A stretch of 51,068 nucleotides of DNA, counting the filler, from Sphacelaria rigidula (lineage: Eukaryota), in NCBI GenBank assembly GCA_964200075.2. It is 3 parts of 3 records of this genome, joined end to end, with 100 filler letters (N's around TTAATTAATTAA, not from the genome) between each part and the next. Parts side by side here need not be neighbours in the genome. Positions count along the whole stretch, not along the records: positions 34,116 to 51,068 come from CAXNAA020001203.1; 2 more parts are not named here. The stretch is one strand, 5' to 3'. Position 1 is the stretch's first letter; every line of letters starts with the position of its first letter. The notes beneath the pieces are model-generated. The model searched no databases and was not told the DNA's origin. It worked only from the letters and a program-made list of their open reading frames with translations. Below are positions 38,206 to 49,274 of the stretch, in pieces. The position numbers were made by a program, and so were the translations under genes.

Positions 38206-40232
38206 CCGAGTGTACATGGTCGTGCAGCTCATTCTCTTTTTCCCATCACATCGTGAAACTAGTCGGTCTGGCAACGCACAGGCTGGACAACACTTTGCAC
38301 CCTCCCTTGCTCGAGGGTTCTCGTTATTGGGGTTCGTCTTGGGGACTTGGTCTTGATGCGCCAAACACCTTCGTGCGCTGGAAGGCGACATTAACAGTGT
38401 GTTCGCACGATGAACAAACGTATAGGGGAACAGCGGGGTGGGCGGCTCTTGTAATATTGCGCTGACCCGAGTTACTTTCTACGATCGCAGTCTAACGTTA
38501 TTTGCCGGGGATTTGTGCCACCCAAGTGCAATCCATCTTGCACTCTCATTCATGTTTGAAGGCGCGAGGGTTGGGCAAATGTTGGAGTAATATTGCGCTG
38601 ACCCGAGTCACTTTCGACAAACGCAGGCGAACTTTTTTTGCCGGGTATTTGTGCCACTTAATTGCAATCCGTCTTGCACCCTAGTCCATGTTTCTCGACG
38701 TCCGCGCAGCAGTCTTGTTGTGCTGACCGCCGTGAGGGTTGCGGTTACTACAACCGAGACGCAACTTGTCAGGAGACGCTCATGGGCGAGCAGAAATACT
38801 ACTACGCAAGCGATATCCATACACTGTTGCGTTGTACAGTCAAGTTGTTTCTCGTGGTCTACCCCTTCTGCCCTCAGACATGGAGGCCGATTGGAAACGG
38901 CATGTACAAGCTGTTTTTCCGCGCCCGACACAGCGTAATCCTTGACACAAGCATTGGGCTCGTCGGTTCTGGAGCAGTAGGCACTAAGGGCTCGTCGGTT
39001 CTGGAGCAGGGTGCACTCTTGCCTGCGTGGTCCACAGCGATGTGATCGTCCATACCATACTTCCAGATATGTACTGTGGCTGCACACAAAACTTGCGCAG
39101 CATGGGCAGGTTGGTGCAGGGGTTTGACCTGCTCGACATTTCCGCCGAAAAAAAAAACAGTTGTACCTCCTCGGCCCGCATGTCCGCCGTAGGCGCGTAA
39201 CGGCAGTTGGACAGTACTGTTCCGATCTGGTTACGATTGTTTGGAACCTCGACGGAAGAACGGTACTGTTTCAAGCAACGCTGAAAAGGACTCCACTCGT
39301 CAAATAGTGCACAAACGGTACTGGTCGATGTCCAGCTTCGGCAAGTGGTATTGTTTAACTTCGCTCCAGTGTACGATTATTAAAAGTTTTACAACGGTAC
39401 ACCACAATCAAGTATTCCACCACCACATTACTTTCAGATAGTTGATGACGACACTAAGATCAAGTAGTAATGAGCACGGACTTGCCTCCTGGCGCCCAAC
39501 CCCGCCGATCCCTTTTTATTTCGTGTTTTTCAACGTTTTGAGGTCCTTTTTATTTTCATTCACGGTAACCCTAATGAGTCGACACGAATTGTTTCGGAGT
39601 TCCAGAGCAACTTGTAGTCTGCCGAGCTGCTGCGGAGTTTTCACTGACACCCGCTAGGCAAGTCTACTTTCACGCCTGGCACCAGTCACAAGTAAAGCGC
39701 TCGTGTGGAGAGGGAGACACCCGTACCTCTCGGAAAACAGCAACGGTCTGACCATGAAGTTCGGCACTGAGACACGCTTCGAGTAGCAACCCCTTGCGAT
39801 ATTGTGCTGTGTCACGTTCCTCGTGCGCCGTACAGATTCCTCCACGGAGGATCCCTGCCCAAAGGGGTTTTCAATTAACTACACCAGTCCTGCGCCAAAA
39901 TTGAAATAAGACAATCCACTACCGGCATGCCCGCATTGAAAAAGCATTTGTAGAGGTCCCGACACAATGGAGCATCGGCCCAGCACGTGGCATCGCTTGC
40001 AAGCTTAGCTCATAGCGGGATCGTGATGGTATATTTCTGGCCGAAAAAGTAATGATTTCCCGCGTGGGGTGGTATGAATTGTGGTGCTCTTCGCTGGTGC
40101 ATCTCGTGCACAATGCAACGGATTCTAAAAAAAAGGTTCGAGCCTGGAACAGTATTTTCTCCACCCTTTAGGCAATGGTCCCCAAACACTTCTTTGTCGG
40201 GCTAATGCCCCTTGATCGCGTAGACACTTTTT

Positions 40233-41508
40233 CACTGTTACGACAAACCATCGACTCAAAATCACCAAATTCCCGATTTCTTGAACCTGATTGCTCAAAA
40301 GGGAGAAGAAGGTTGATCGCTGGCACAAGGTGTATCCACGCAACTTTTGAACACCCTGGACAGTGGACACAATGATAGTTTATTGCTTCAGCCATAGACA
40401 CGGGGAGAAATCTATCGATACATATCATCGAACACGATAGATGGTGAATGACATCTATTGATATGCATTGCGAGGAACAAGGGATGTTGCAATAGTCGAT
40501 TGATCGCCTGTGGAAATTACAAAAAATGACGATCACTCCCCACCGATGGTAATGGTGTACCGTAATAGATTCTGGGTTGTGTATACCGATAAACATTGCT
40601 GTAACCAAAAGGTTTGGTGAGCCATCTATCGATAGCCCTTGCCGTCATCAATAGATCAAGTGAGTTATCCATCATCAGCTATTACCGCCAACAATAGACT
40701 CGGTGAGCCGTCTATCGGTCGCCTCTCCCGCCAAAAAATGTCTAATATGGGCGTTGCCGTCAGCAATCGATTGCTCTCCGGAGCACCTATCGACAGCCAG
40801 TGACGCCAACGATCGGTCTTGGAAATTAGATTGGGTACTGCAGTGGTCTCACGATACCAACGGCAACACGCACACGATACCAACGGCAATGACGCGGAAA
40901 CATACATCCAAAAATGTGCGTACATAGTGCCAGTGATCGACGCCATTCAGCTACCCTTGTGGGCAGCAATAAATATTGATGGCCGCGATTCAGATTCTAT
41001 CGTGAGTATCCCATTGCAGCCACCAACATGTATTGATGGCCACAATTCAGAGGCTATTGCAACAAATTAAATGTACGATAGACAAATTGACCCTTCCATT
41101 GTCACGGCCGCGTGGTGGATATCATGTCCCTTGTCCCGAATCTATTGTCGCCTACAGTAGCTATCGATAGACTTTGATGCCAGTGGATGATGACTGACAA
41201 TGAATATTGATGGTCAAATTTTCGGGGTTATTGCAGCGCCAATGTTCTGTTACATAGTCTGTTGTCGACAAGAAAGATATACTTGCCGACCGATGTATAC
41301 TGCGGATGACAATATTGGCATCTACTGTCGCAGATTCTTTTGCTATCGCAATAGATGCCGTCCATTGTCCAGGGTGTGAACTTTTGCGCCCTTGTAAGCG
41401 TCTGGGCTGCGTGTACCTGGGTTGCAACGCTGGAATGAAGCCTAAGGATTGATTCAGCGTACTACAACCAAGTAATTCCCAGACAAATCAATATTTGTCA
41501 GACCCTTG
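40233..41508. mobile_element. Small hAT-like element (family of 35677-35893) interrupted by a 1-kb hAT-type insert
   Basis: 40245-40349 and 41379-41508 are colinear with 35695-35893. Confidence 0.7.
40350..41378. mobile_element. Non-autonomous hAT-type element
   Basis: TIR (a/c)acaccctggaca(g/a)tggac; perfect 8-bp TSD aacttttg, single at the empty site near 35788; TIR shared with 9537-9698. Confidence 0.85.
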
Positions 41509-42952
41509 TACTCTTTTCAGCGCATTTTACCGAACCTGTGAGCTTACAGCGCTGACCACACCTGCTGTTTTCCATGATATCATCCCCCCACACACCCCTT
41601 TGCTCCGTCTCGAAAGGGATGCGTGGTCAATGGTCAAATGACTAAGGCAAGCAACAAATGAGTACGCCCCCCCACACCCCCCCCATAAAAATTAGGTAAA
41701 AACGGCGGTTTCGGACAGCGCTGTTAGCTCACAAAGTTGCCAACATTAGCTGAAAAGGTGCTATGCGATCAAGGTGCATTAGACCGAGGCCAGGAGGGCG
41801 CGTTCCGGCTAGCACACGACGAAATCAATCCGTCATTATTTTCGAGTCCATTTTTCTCAAAACAGTGAAATCACTTTCTACAAATGTCGGTGGGGCCCCA
41901 TCCCTGGCGCAGATAAGCTTTCCCATGATTCCAAATGCAGGGTGGTTGCAGCTTGGTTTTATGGTATTACTTGCACTCAGTATACCCCTCCCGAGTTTTT
42001 CCGCAGCGTTTTTGGGTCCCAGATGTATACAAGAACGTAATTATTTACGCGAACACAAGGTGGGCCGGAAAAACTCGGGAATGAGTGTACAAGGCATGAA
42101 ATCCAGGGGGACTGTTAAAAGACAGGAGCTACCGTCATGAATTCTGCGCATCCCTCTGCCGATGACTTGCAGTGTGCAGGCAACATGTATGTAGGGGGCG
42201 GGGATGAAGAAGCGGTATATAGGCAGTTGGTCTCGGTAGCTGAGAATTGCCCAACACGTGCAAGGGAGTATGTAGTGGCAGCTGCTGCTTGAGTCGGAGA
42301 GGCGTACTACAGTGTACCGTACTAATCTGTGCTGTCGCACAGCACCGCTGATATCCTTCGAAGAGAATTTGTCGCATGCAATAATAGGGGGCAATGGCGG
42401 CCCGCCCCGACCACGAGGGGCTGTATGGCGAGGTGATGATGACGATAGCATCATCCAAAGCCACAAGTGACGGGCGGCCCGCCGGTCGCCGCATCTTGTG
42501 AAAAGTTCTTTACCGCGACACATAATGCTTGCTACATCAGATGTACACCACCTACTGCGCACCCTGCACCTTGAAACAGACTAAATGAAACCTTCGGTCT
42601 TCGTCGTAACCCTGCAGTTACATACGCGATTTTCGGCAACATTTCGCCTGCTGCCCTGTGCAAAAAAAGAACGTAACCGCACTGAAGGTGGACATGCGCC
42701 TTTATTAGGGTCGCAAGTGGGGGTGGGGTCAATCCGCCGCGCTTGTCTCGTGCGAGGTGTATCGGCACCTCAGCGGCTGCAACACTCCCACACGGTTTGT
42801 CGACACCGCTAAGGCAATCGCACATGCCATCGTCGGTGCGGATATCTTGTGGCACTCATGTGTTCCGTCCACGTGTAGGCGGAACACAGATGTAGAAACG
42901 ATATAGCAGACATGATGCGATTTGATCCACGCTCCTTTCGCCCAACATGCAG

Positions 42953-43024
42953 GCGAGATACCGTCGTCGCTGGGACAGCTGAGGAACCTGCAGCATCTTG
43001 ACCTCAGCGGTAACCAGCTCAGCG
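42953..43024 (+). CDS. ROCO 72-nt LRR exon (GEIPSSLGQLRNLQHLDLSGNQLS)
   Basis: catgcag|72 nt|gtgagt, full LRR consensus. Confidence 0.92.
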
Positions 43025-43216
43025 GTGAGTCTCTCAACCGCGTTCTAGTGTGCGGAAGCAGGGCCGATACCCGAACTCCCTCGAATAGTGCCAGTCCGGG
43101 TCCCGTTGATGCCTTGCAGCACTGTGTTCCGTCCACGTGTAGGCGGAACACAGTTGTAGAAACGATATAGCAGACATGATGCGATTTGATCCACGCTCCT
43201 TTCGCCCAACATGCAG

Positions 43217-43288
43217 GCGAGATACCGTCGTCGCTGGTACAGCTGGAGAACCTGCAGCAGATTCACCTCAACAATAACCAGCTCAGCG
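43217..43288 (+). CDS. ROCO 72-nt LRR exon (GEIPSSLVQLENLQQIHLNNNQLS)
   Basis: catgcag|72 nt|gtgagt, tandem paralog of 42953-43024. Confidence 0.92.
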
Positions 43289-44669
43289 GTGAGTCTCTCA
43301 ACCGCGTCCTAGTGTGCGGAAGCAGCGCCGATACCCGAACACCCTCGAAAAGTGCCAGTCCGGGCCCCGTTGATGTCCTGCAGCACTGTGTTCCGTCCAC
43401 GTGTACCTTTTTTTCGACGTTTGAGAATACGACTGCCGTGGACGTCACTGGTACGGGGAAAATGTATTCCACTTTTAGTCTCGAGTCGAAAATAAACGAT
43501 GAGACACGGCGTCAATCTCGAGGAGAAGGAAGGTGTGCCGAAAATAAATTTGCAAACGGGGATGCCCTGATCCATATTCTTGTGCCGCTGAACCAACAAC
43601 AAAATAAATAGCGAAAAGTGCACATCCAGCGTAACATTGCTTTTCTTAGTGGACAATGCCGCCTCACGATGAAATACTGGTAACTTGGTGAATGAGAAGG
43701 GCGCAATTTCATTTCCTGCATGGTTTTCATATGAATTTGGAACGTTGTTTCTGTGGAGTTGAATTTCTTGAAGCAGGTTGAATAGGACCTCAGCGTAAAG
43801 ACAGCCGGGAACTGCGTTTGTCACAGAGGTAGATCACAATACAGACGTTATATTCCTGGATCGGCGGCAATTTAAACGGGGTGCGCCAGACGCATGAAGC
43901 GAGACCTCGTACGGATTTTGGGCAAAATCATCGATACGCTCTCAAAACGCATTCCCCTCGGCCCAGGCTGCGTGAGACGTGAGTGGATGCACATGTCGAC
44001 ACGCAGATACGCTGACTTCCTGCTGGATGGCTCCTGCTCCGGTAAACAAACACATCGATCCGTGTTGGGAACACTCTGGATGACGTCATATTACGTGACA
44101 CCGATCTTGGTGTAGCCTGTAGAGATGCCCACTGCAGGAGGCACGGCCGTGCAAGCGCTGTCAGTGCTTTCACCAGCTGAAACTTCGCCTGCATGTCATG
44201 TAGACAACAGACAACAACCTCATCTTGCTGAATCCTGGGTTGTGTGGTTTCGGGCGTCCGTAATGGGGCAAAAACATGTATCTTGTTCAGTTTTTTTTCT
44301 TTCGGCGTAAGACGTAGGTGTAAGACCCAGCCTCGGGCCGATATTTCAGTTTCTTACTGGCGGGCCGGTACTGTACCGTCAACCTGGTGTGTGTATGTCG
44401 CACAGCATTTAGGCGCGATGCGGAAAAAAAGCGGGCAACACGACACACAGACAGCAAGGCTTTCTGACATATCGCATACAGGAAGATGCGAAGCAGATTT
44501 GAACCACGAGCAGTGACCATGAGCGCGTGGCAAGGTGGTTCTCACCCCCGACACGCAAGTCAGTAAAATAGGTGGACCCTTGCTGAAGAGACGCGTAAGT
44601 TTTCGCCAACAAGCACATGATGCCAAAGGCATGGTGGTATCGGTGTCCTACCACCGCAGTTTATCCGTA

Positions 44670-44864
44670 CTGTAGTGCGTGGAAAAACAGCGTGCTTGGA
44701 GGACCGATTTATAGGTAAAACAATCCTGTGGTGAGTGTCGAGATGAGAGTCGGGGGCGTGGTACCTGCAGGGACGGACCCGATTTGTTCTAGAAAACGTC
44801 ATTGCTGAGGTATTTTGAATCACGGCGCGGCCCTTCAAGCACGCGGCGCTCTCGTGCATTTCAT
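44670..44864. mobile_element. Diverged third copy of the 23918-24130 MITE, without TTAGGG repeats
   Basis: ta|ctgtagtgcgtg start; shared ggggcgtggtacctgcagggac..cggcgcggcccttcaagcacgcg. Confidence 0.7.
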
Positions 44865-46248
44865 CTGGACTCAGTTCGTGACCTATGCCGCAAGGTTGAG
44901 TGGGTGGCTGCTGCCTACGAATAAACCATTCGGGTTTTGCGCAGTTCTCCTCATGGCCGCCAACCCTGCAGTACATGCCGCCACTGCGACACTGCGACGG
45001 TGGTATCTGGCACGGTTGTCAGCAACACAGAAGTTACGTGCCCCATTGTTCATTGCGCCGCTCGGTACGCTCAAAACAAATGAGCTCTTCTGTTGGTGAC
45101 CCTGCCCGTCGCGCCCGCTTGCGTGGACGTATCTGTTACGGCCTCGTAGCGACCGAATCGATTCGACCGCGTGTTTCGGGTGATGACGAGAAACGAAAAT
45201 ATTATGATGGGACGTTGAAACGCCTGCCTCTATCCGTGGTTCTGGTTACAGAAAAGTCCCAACTACTGTCCACCTGTACCGAGCGTTCATGTTCTCTTTT
45301 GCCGTCGATGCTATCGCTTGTAAAGGCGTTCATGCAGGTTCGGCCATGTTCGACAAATACTACTGAAATATACTGTGGTCTCGGACACAAAGAGTCGACT
45401 AAAGGCATGGGGCTAGGGTTCGCCTTCACAAGTTGAGCCGTACCATCCTACTGCGTTGGCATTCACCAACCAAGAACCTGTGCTCGAATCTTTCGTCGTT
45501 CCGTCAGCCCCAACTCAGGTTTCGTCGGAATATACCAGTTTTCGTATCTTTCGAAAAAGAAATAAGATGATGGGAACAGTCGAGTTCGTCCGGTAATGGG
45601 TAAGAGATCGAAACACGTCGTATGAATACTGGAATGCACAGATGTCGGATGGATTCTCCCAGGACAAGCGGGACGACACATGCCAACCAAATGGTGAATT
45701 TTTATCTTTGTTTTGATCATGATAAGATCGTTGAGGGTTCTCAAAGACCACCCTCGGAAACTGATTAATCTTCAACTTCAGATTGTCGTGTTTCTTGAAG
45801 AAACCTTGACGATTGGCCATCGGTCAAACGTTTTCTCCGGCTCCGCCCACCTTTATTTGCAGTCTTTTTTGAAGCCGAGGCGTAGAAGGCGAAGCCCGCG
45901 TATTCCACCCGAAGTGTAAAGATTTCTCCTACAACACCTGGCTTACGACCTGCGCTGTGTCCTTGATTGAGACTTCCAAATGCATGATTCCCGAGCGAGC
46001 TGAGGTATCTTCATCTCGACGATCTGCTAATGGGGATGGGAAGTTGTCTGGGCGTCTTCGGCGGAGCACCCAGCATGACGGTCGGTCGTTTGACTGTCCT
46101 CGTTGTGATTCTTTTCGCACGCTCTATTTAGTCCCTATGATCTTTGTAGGATCTGGAAACGATTAACAGGTGGATGATACTTTGATGACTCAAGCCCTTG
46201 TGTGCCCGACCTGATCGCACCGTTGCACTTCGGCCTGTACTCTCACCA

Positions 46249-46481
46249 GGGATCGGTGAAGCAGGAGATGTATTGCGACTGATGGACAGACATTTCATAA
46301 ATATTGGATTGAGGAACAACCCGTGGATCGTGCCGCCGGAGGCCGTGGTGGAGGAGGGGCTCGAGGCCGTTAAAGCGTACCTCGTGGACGTGCTAGCGGC
46401 CACGAATGCCGGGGCTGATGTCACGTCCCTCAATCTTCTAAAAGTTGTCTTGGTGGGATCAACTTCGGCTGGGAAGACTAG
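46249..46481 (+). CDS. ROCO exon: last LRR/linker and start of ROC with P-loop
   Basis: caccag| phase 1; NNPWIVPPEAVVEEGLEAVKAYL..LKVVLVGSTSAGKT; donor ag|gtaggt. Confidence 0.92.
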
Positions 46482-46887
46482 GTAGGTGACTCTGCGAGAC
46501 AAATGCTCGTTGGTACGCAGCTTTATATAACGGATGGATAGCTGGACAACTTTACTTTCCCTGAATGTATTAGAATGGGGGGGTACTTGTTTTCATCACA
46601 ATACTGAATAGGCAACGACTTGCGACGTGTGCCAGTCCGGTTGCGGCCTTGTGCCACGGCCGTAAAGATGGAGGCTGGCTGACGGAGATGTATCCCGTAC
46701 GAAGGTGGCCGCGAATGCAGAAATGTTGTTGCAGATACTTGAAGGGAGCACAGTTTTTTGACCACATGCTGGATGAGGCTTGTCTTTTGGCTGTTGCGGA
46801 CATTTCGTTTGCCACCATCGTATCACACCCTCGTGAAAGCGCCAACCCATCGCACCCCCCTCGTGTCGCCGCGTTGAACGGTTGCAG

Positions 46888-47122
46888 TTTGATGCAAAGC
46901 ATTATCGCGGGTTGTGGCTCCCCAACGACGGGGACAAGAGCAGAGGCGAGTACAGTTGGGGTGGAACTACACCCTCACCAGCTCGAGGACACAGCAGTTG
47001 AGTTCTTTGACTGCGCTGGGCAGGTCGACTACGCCGGAATGCATCAGACATTTCTTACCCGACGAGCTGTGTACCTGCTCGTGGTGGATGTCACGGAGTT
47101 TAACGCGGGGATTGCCGATGAG
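46888..47122 (+). CDS. ROCO exon: ROC GTPase G2/G3
   Basis: ttgcag|; STVGVEL..FFDCAGQVDYAGMHQTFLTRRAVYLLVVD; donor gag|gtgggc. Confidence 0.92.
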
Positions 47123-47375
47123 GTGGGCCGACTGAATTCGTTGTGTACCGTGATCTTTGATGCTCGTATCTCTCCGTGGATGATGTCGTGAGCGTTATAC
47201 TGCTGTTCCAAGTGTCACTGCAGACCTTCTAGATAAACGAATGTGCCACGCCCGAGATGCTTCAAGATATCATGTGAAGAACATGGGAACGCTTGGCCGA
47301 GCAAGGTAGACTTGGCGTGAAGACTAATGCTCGTCAAATACCCGTTGGTGTTGACGATGGGTTTGTTGGGTGCAG

Positions 47376-47965
47376 GTAATCCACGAACACATCATGCGGT
47401 GGCTGTACTACCTATACCTTCGGGCGCCAGGGTCCACCGTGATCCTCGTGGCCAACAAGTGTGACGGCTCGGTCGATGCTTTCGCCAAGACTGTGAAAAT
47501 GGTCCACATCAGGGTACGGGATATGTTGGATGAATTGCACGAGAACCGTGGTCTTGAAGGCCAGTGTAAGGGCCGTGTGACGGACTTGAATATTCTTCCA
47601 CACATGAGTCCTGTGAGCTGCGACGACAAAGGCTCCCCTGAGGCTTCGGGTCTCCCCGTGCTGGTAGACCTGATTTTGAAGCAGGCTGTTACGTCCATCC
47701 GCGTGCCTCCCGCATGGGACCTTGCCCTCGAAATGATCAAGGACCTGAGAGCTAGTCGCGATCCAGTACGGGCTGCTCGGGAGAGGCTGGGGTTGTCGAA
47801 CACGCACTCGACCGACGGCGTCGAAAACTCGCACGCTTCACCCTTCATCTCGAAGGACGAGTTTTTCCTTGAGTGGAAACACCTCTTGGAAAATATTCGA
47901 GGCGATGTACCGAAGGCGACTGTTTCTAACTGGGATAGTGCTCTCAACGGTGCACTATGGATAAG
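47376..47965 (+). CDS. ROCO exon: ROC G4/G5 and start of COR
   Basis: tgcag|VIHEHIMRWL..VILVANKCD..PVSC..VPPAW..; donor ag|gtgtgt. Confidence 0.88.
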
Positions 47966-48166
47966 GTGTGTCCATCGTAGGTTGGTAGAGAACTGTTGGT
48001 TGTCACCCAAGCCAGACCGGAAGCCGGATCTAGTGCAAGTAGCTCGATTGGAACCTGTTTTCCACCTTGATTTTTTCGTGTTATTATCCTTGGCCCACAC
48101 ACGTACCACGCCTGCTTTTCCGTTCACACACATGCCCTGTTCGCTCTATCGTCCTTTTATCTTCAG

Positions 48167-48977
48167 TGATTTCGCGGGGCACACACTCCGCATTGATGGT
48201 GGTGACGGCATCTTCCTGGACGTGCCATGGCTTTCGAAAGTCTTGAACCCTATCGTGAGCCACAAGATGAGGAATATATGGTTCGACCACGAGCGGCTGC
48301 CAATGACACGGAAGCTGGTCGAGGACAAGATTTTGCAACCCGAGTTCGCCCTTCTCCTTTGGGACATGGACACCGATCGTGTAACGCTGCGGCCGGAGGT
48401 CAAGAGAGCACTCTTTCGCACTCTCGTGAAGCTAGGTGTTGCCCTCCCCCTCGGGTGCACAGCCTATGGGGACAGCAATGAACCGGGAGATATGCTGGTT
48501 ATCATGAGCCTCGAAGAAAAGTGCGATCTTGAAAAGCAAAGGCTGTTTGAACAAAGCATTGCCGAAAATAGGCAACCAGGTGACAGCGAAGTGACTCTCA
48601 AGTGGGAATTCGACAAGGCGGGCCCCCCGCAGGGGTTAGTAGAGCGGTTAATATCCTCTTGCCATGTTCTCGGCGAGGTCGACGCGAAAGTGTGCTGGAG
48701 ATATGGAGCTGCTTTTAAATGTCGCCGCAAGGAAAGTAGTGCCGAAGGGGAACTTTCGTTATTCACGGTTGCTCTCAGCACGGCGAGCTACAGCGGTCAT
48801 GAGCTGGAGTTCACGGCGAGGGTAGTGGGGTCGCTTGAAAATGCGAGGGTCTGGGCAGCAATACGCTACGTGGCATCTGGCATGCTCACCTTGTCCGAGG
48901 AGTGGCCTGGAGTACTGTGGGAGGCATGGCCAGTGTGTACGGAGGACCACGCCAAGAAAGTGTACCTGGCGTCGTCG
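48167..48977 (+). CDS. ROCO exon: COR domain
   Basis: cttcag|; IFLDVPWLSKVLNPIVSHK, PPQGLVERLISSCH, CWRYGA, WPGVLW; donor |gtacga. Confidence 0.88.
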
Positions 48978-49274
48978 GTACGAATATTCAGTGTCGCTAT
49001 GACAGCTTGTGTTGTTATTCCCCGCTCTTCGGGTATAATACCGGAGATCGATTTACTCATCGTCGCACTTGGACTGACCCCCACGCGGGAAATCCCAACG
49101 GTGGCCACATGATGTATGTAGCCGAGGCAGTGAAATCCAAACACCCGCTGCAAAATTCAGGGAGTGAAAGAAATACACGATTCAGAGTGAACTGTGGAAA
49201 TGAGAAATAACTAAGCATGTCCGCTCTTTGCCGTGTATGGTAACAAATCCCTTTTGCCTGGCGGGTGCTCGCAG

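Larger units (their letters stand above)
42859..43405 (+). repeat. 264-bp tandem exon+intron cassette (2 units plus a 19-bp third start)
   Basis: tgtgttccgtccacgtgta recurs at 42859, 43123 and 43387; each unit holds one LRR exon. Confidence 0.95.

Noticed and set aside
39080-40230. Further LRR-like snippets (SMGRLVQGFDLLDIS; NIPSRSRYELSLQ; MVPKHFFVGLMPLDRVD)
   Set aside because: Too weak and lacking consistent splice sites or 72-nt length to separate from chance
47370-49112. 580-aa ORF as one uninterrupted CDS
   Set aside because: It reads through an in-frame intron (47966-48166) and past the donor at 48978; splice signals and loss of COR-like sequence show separate exons
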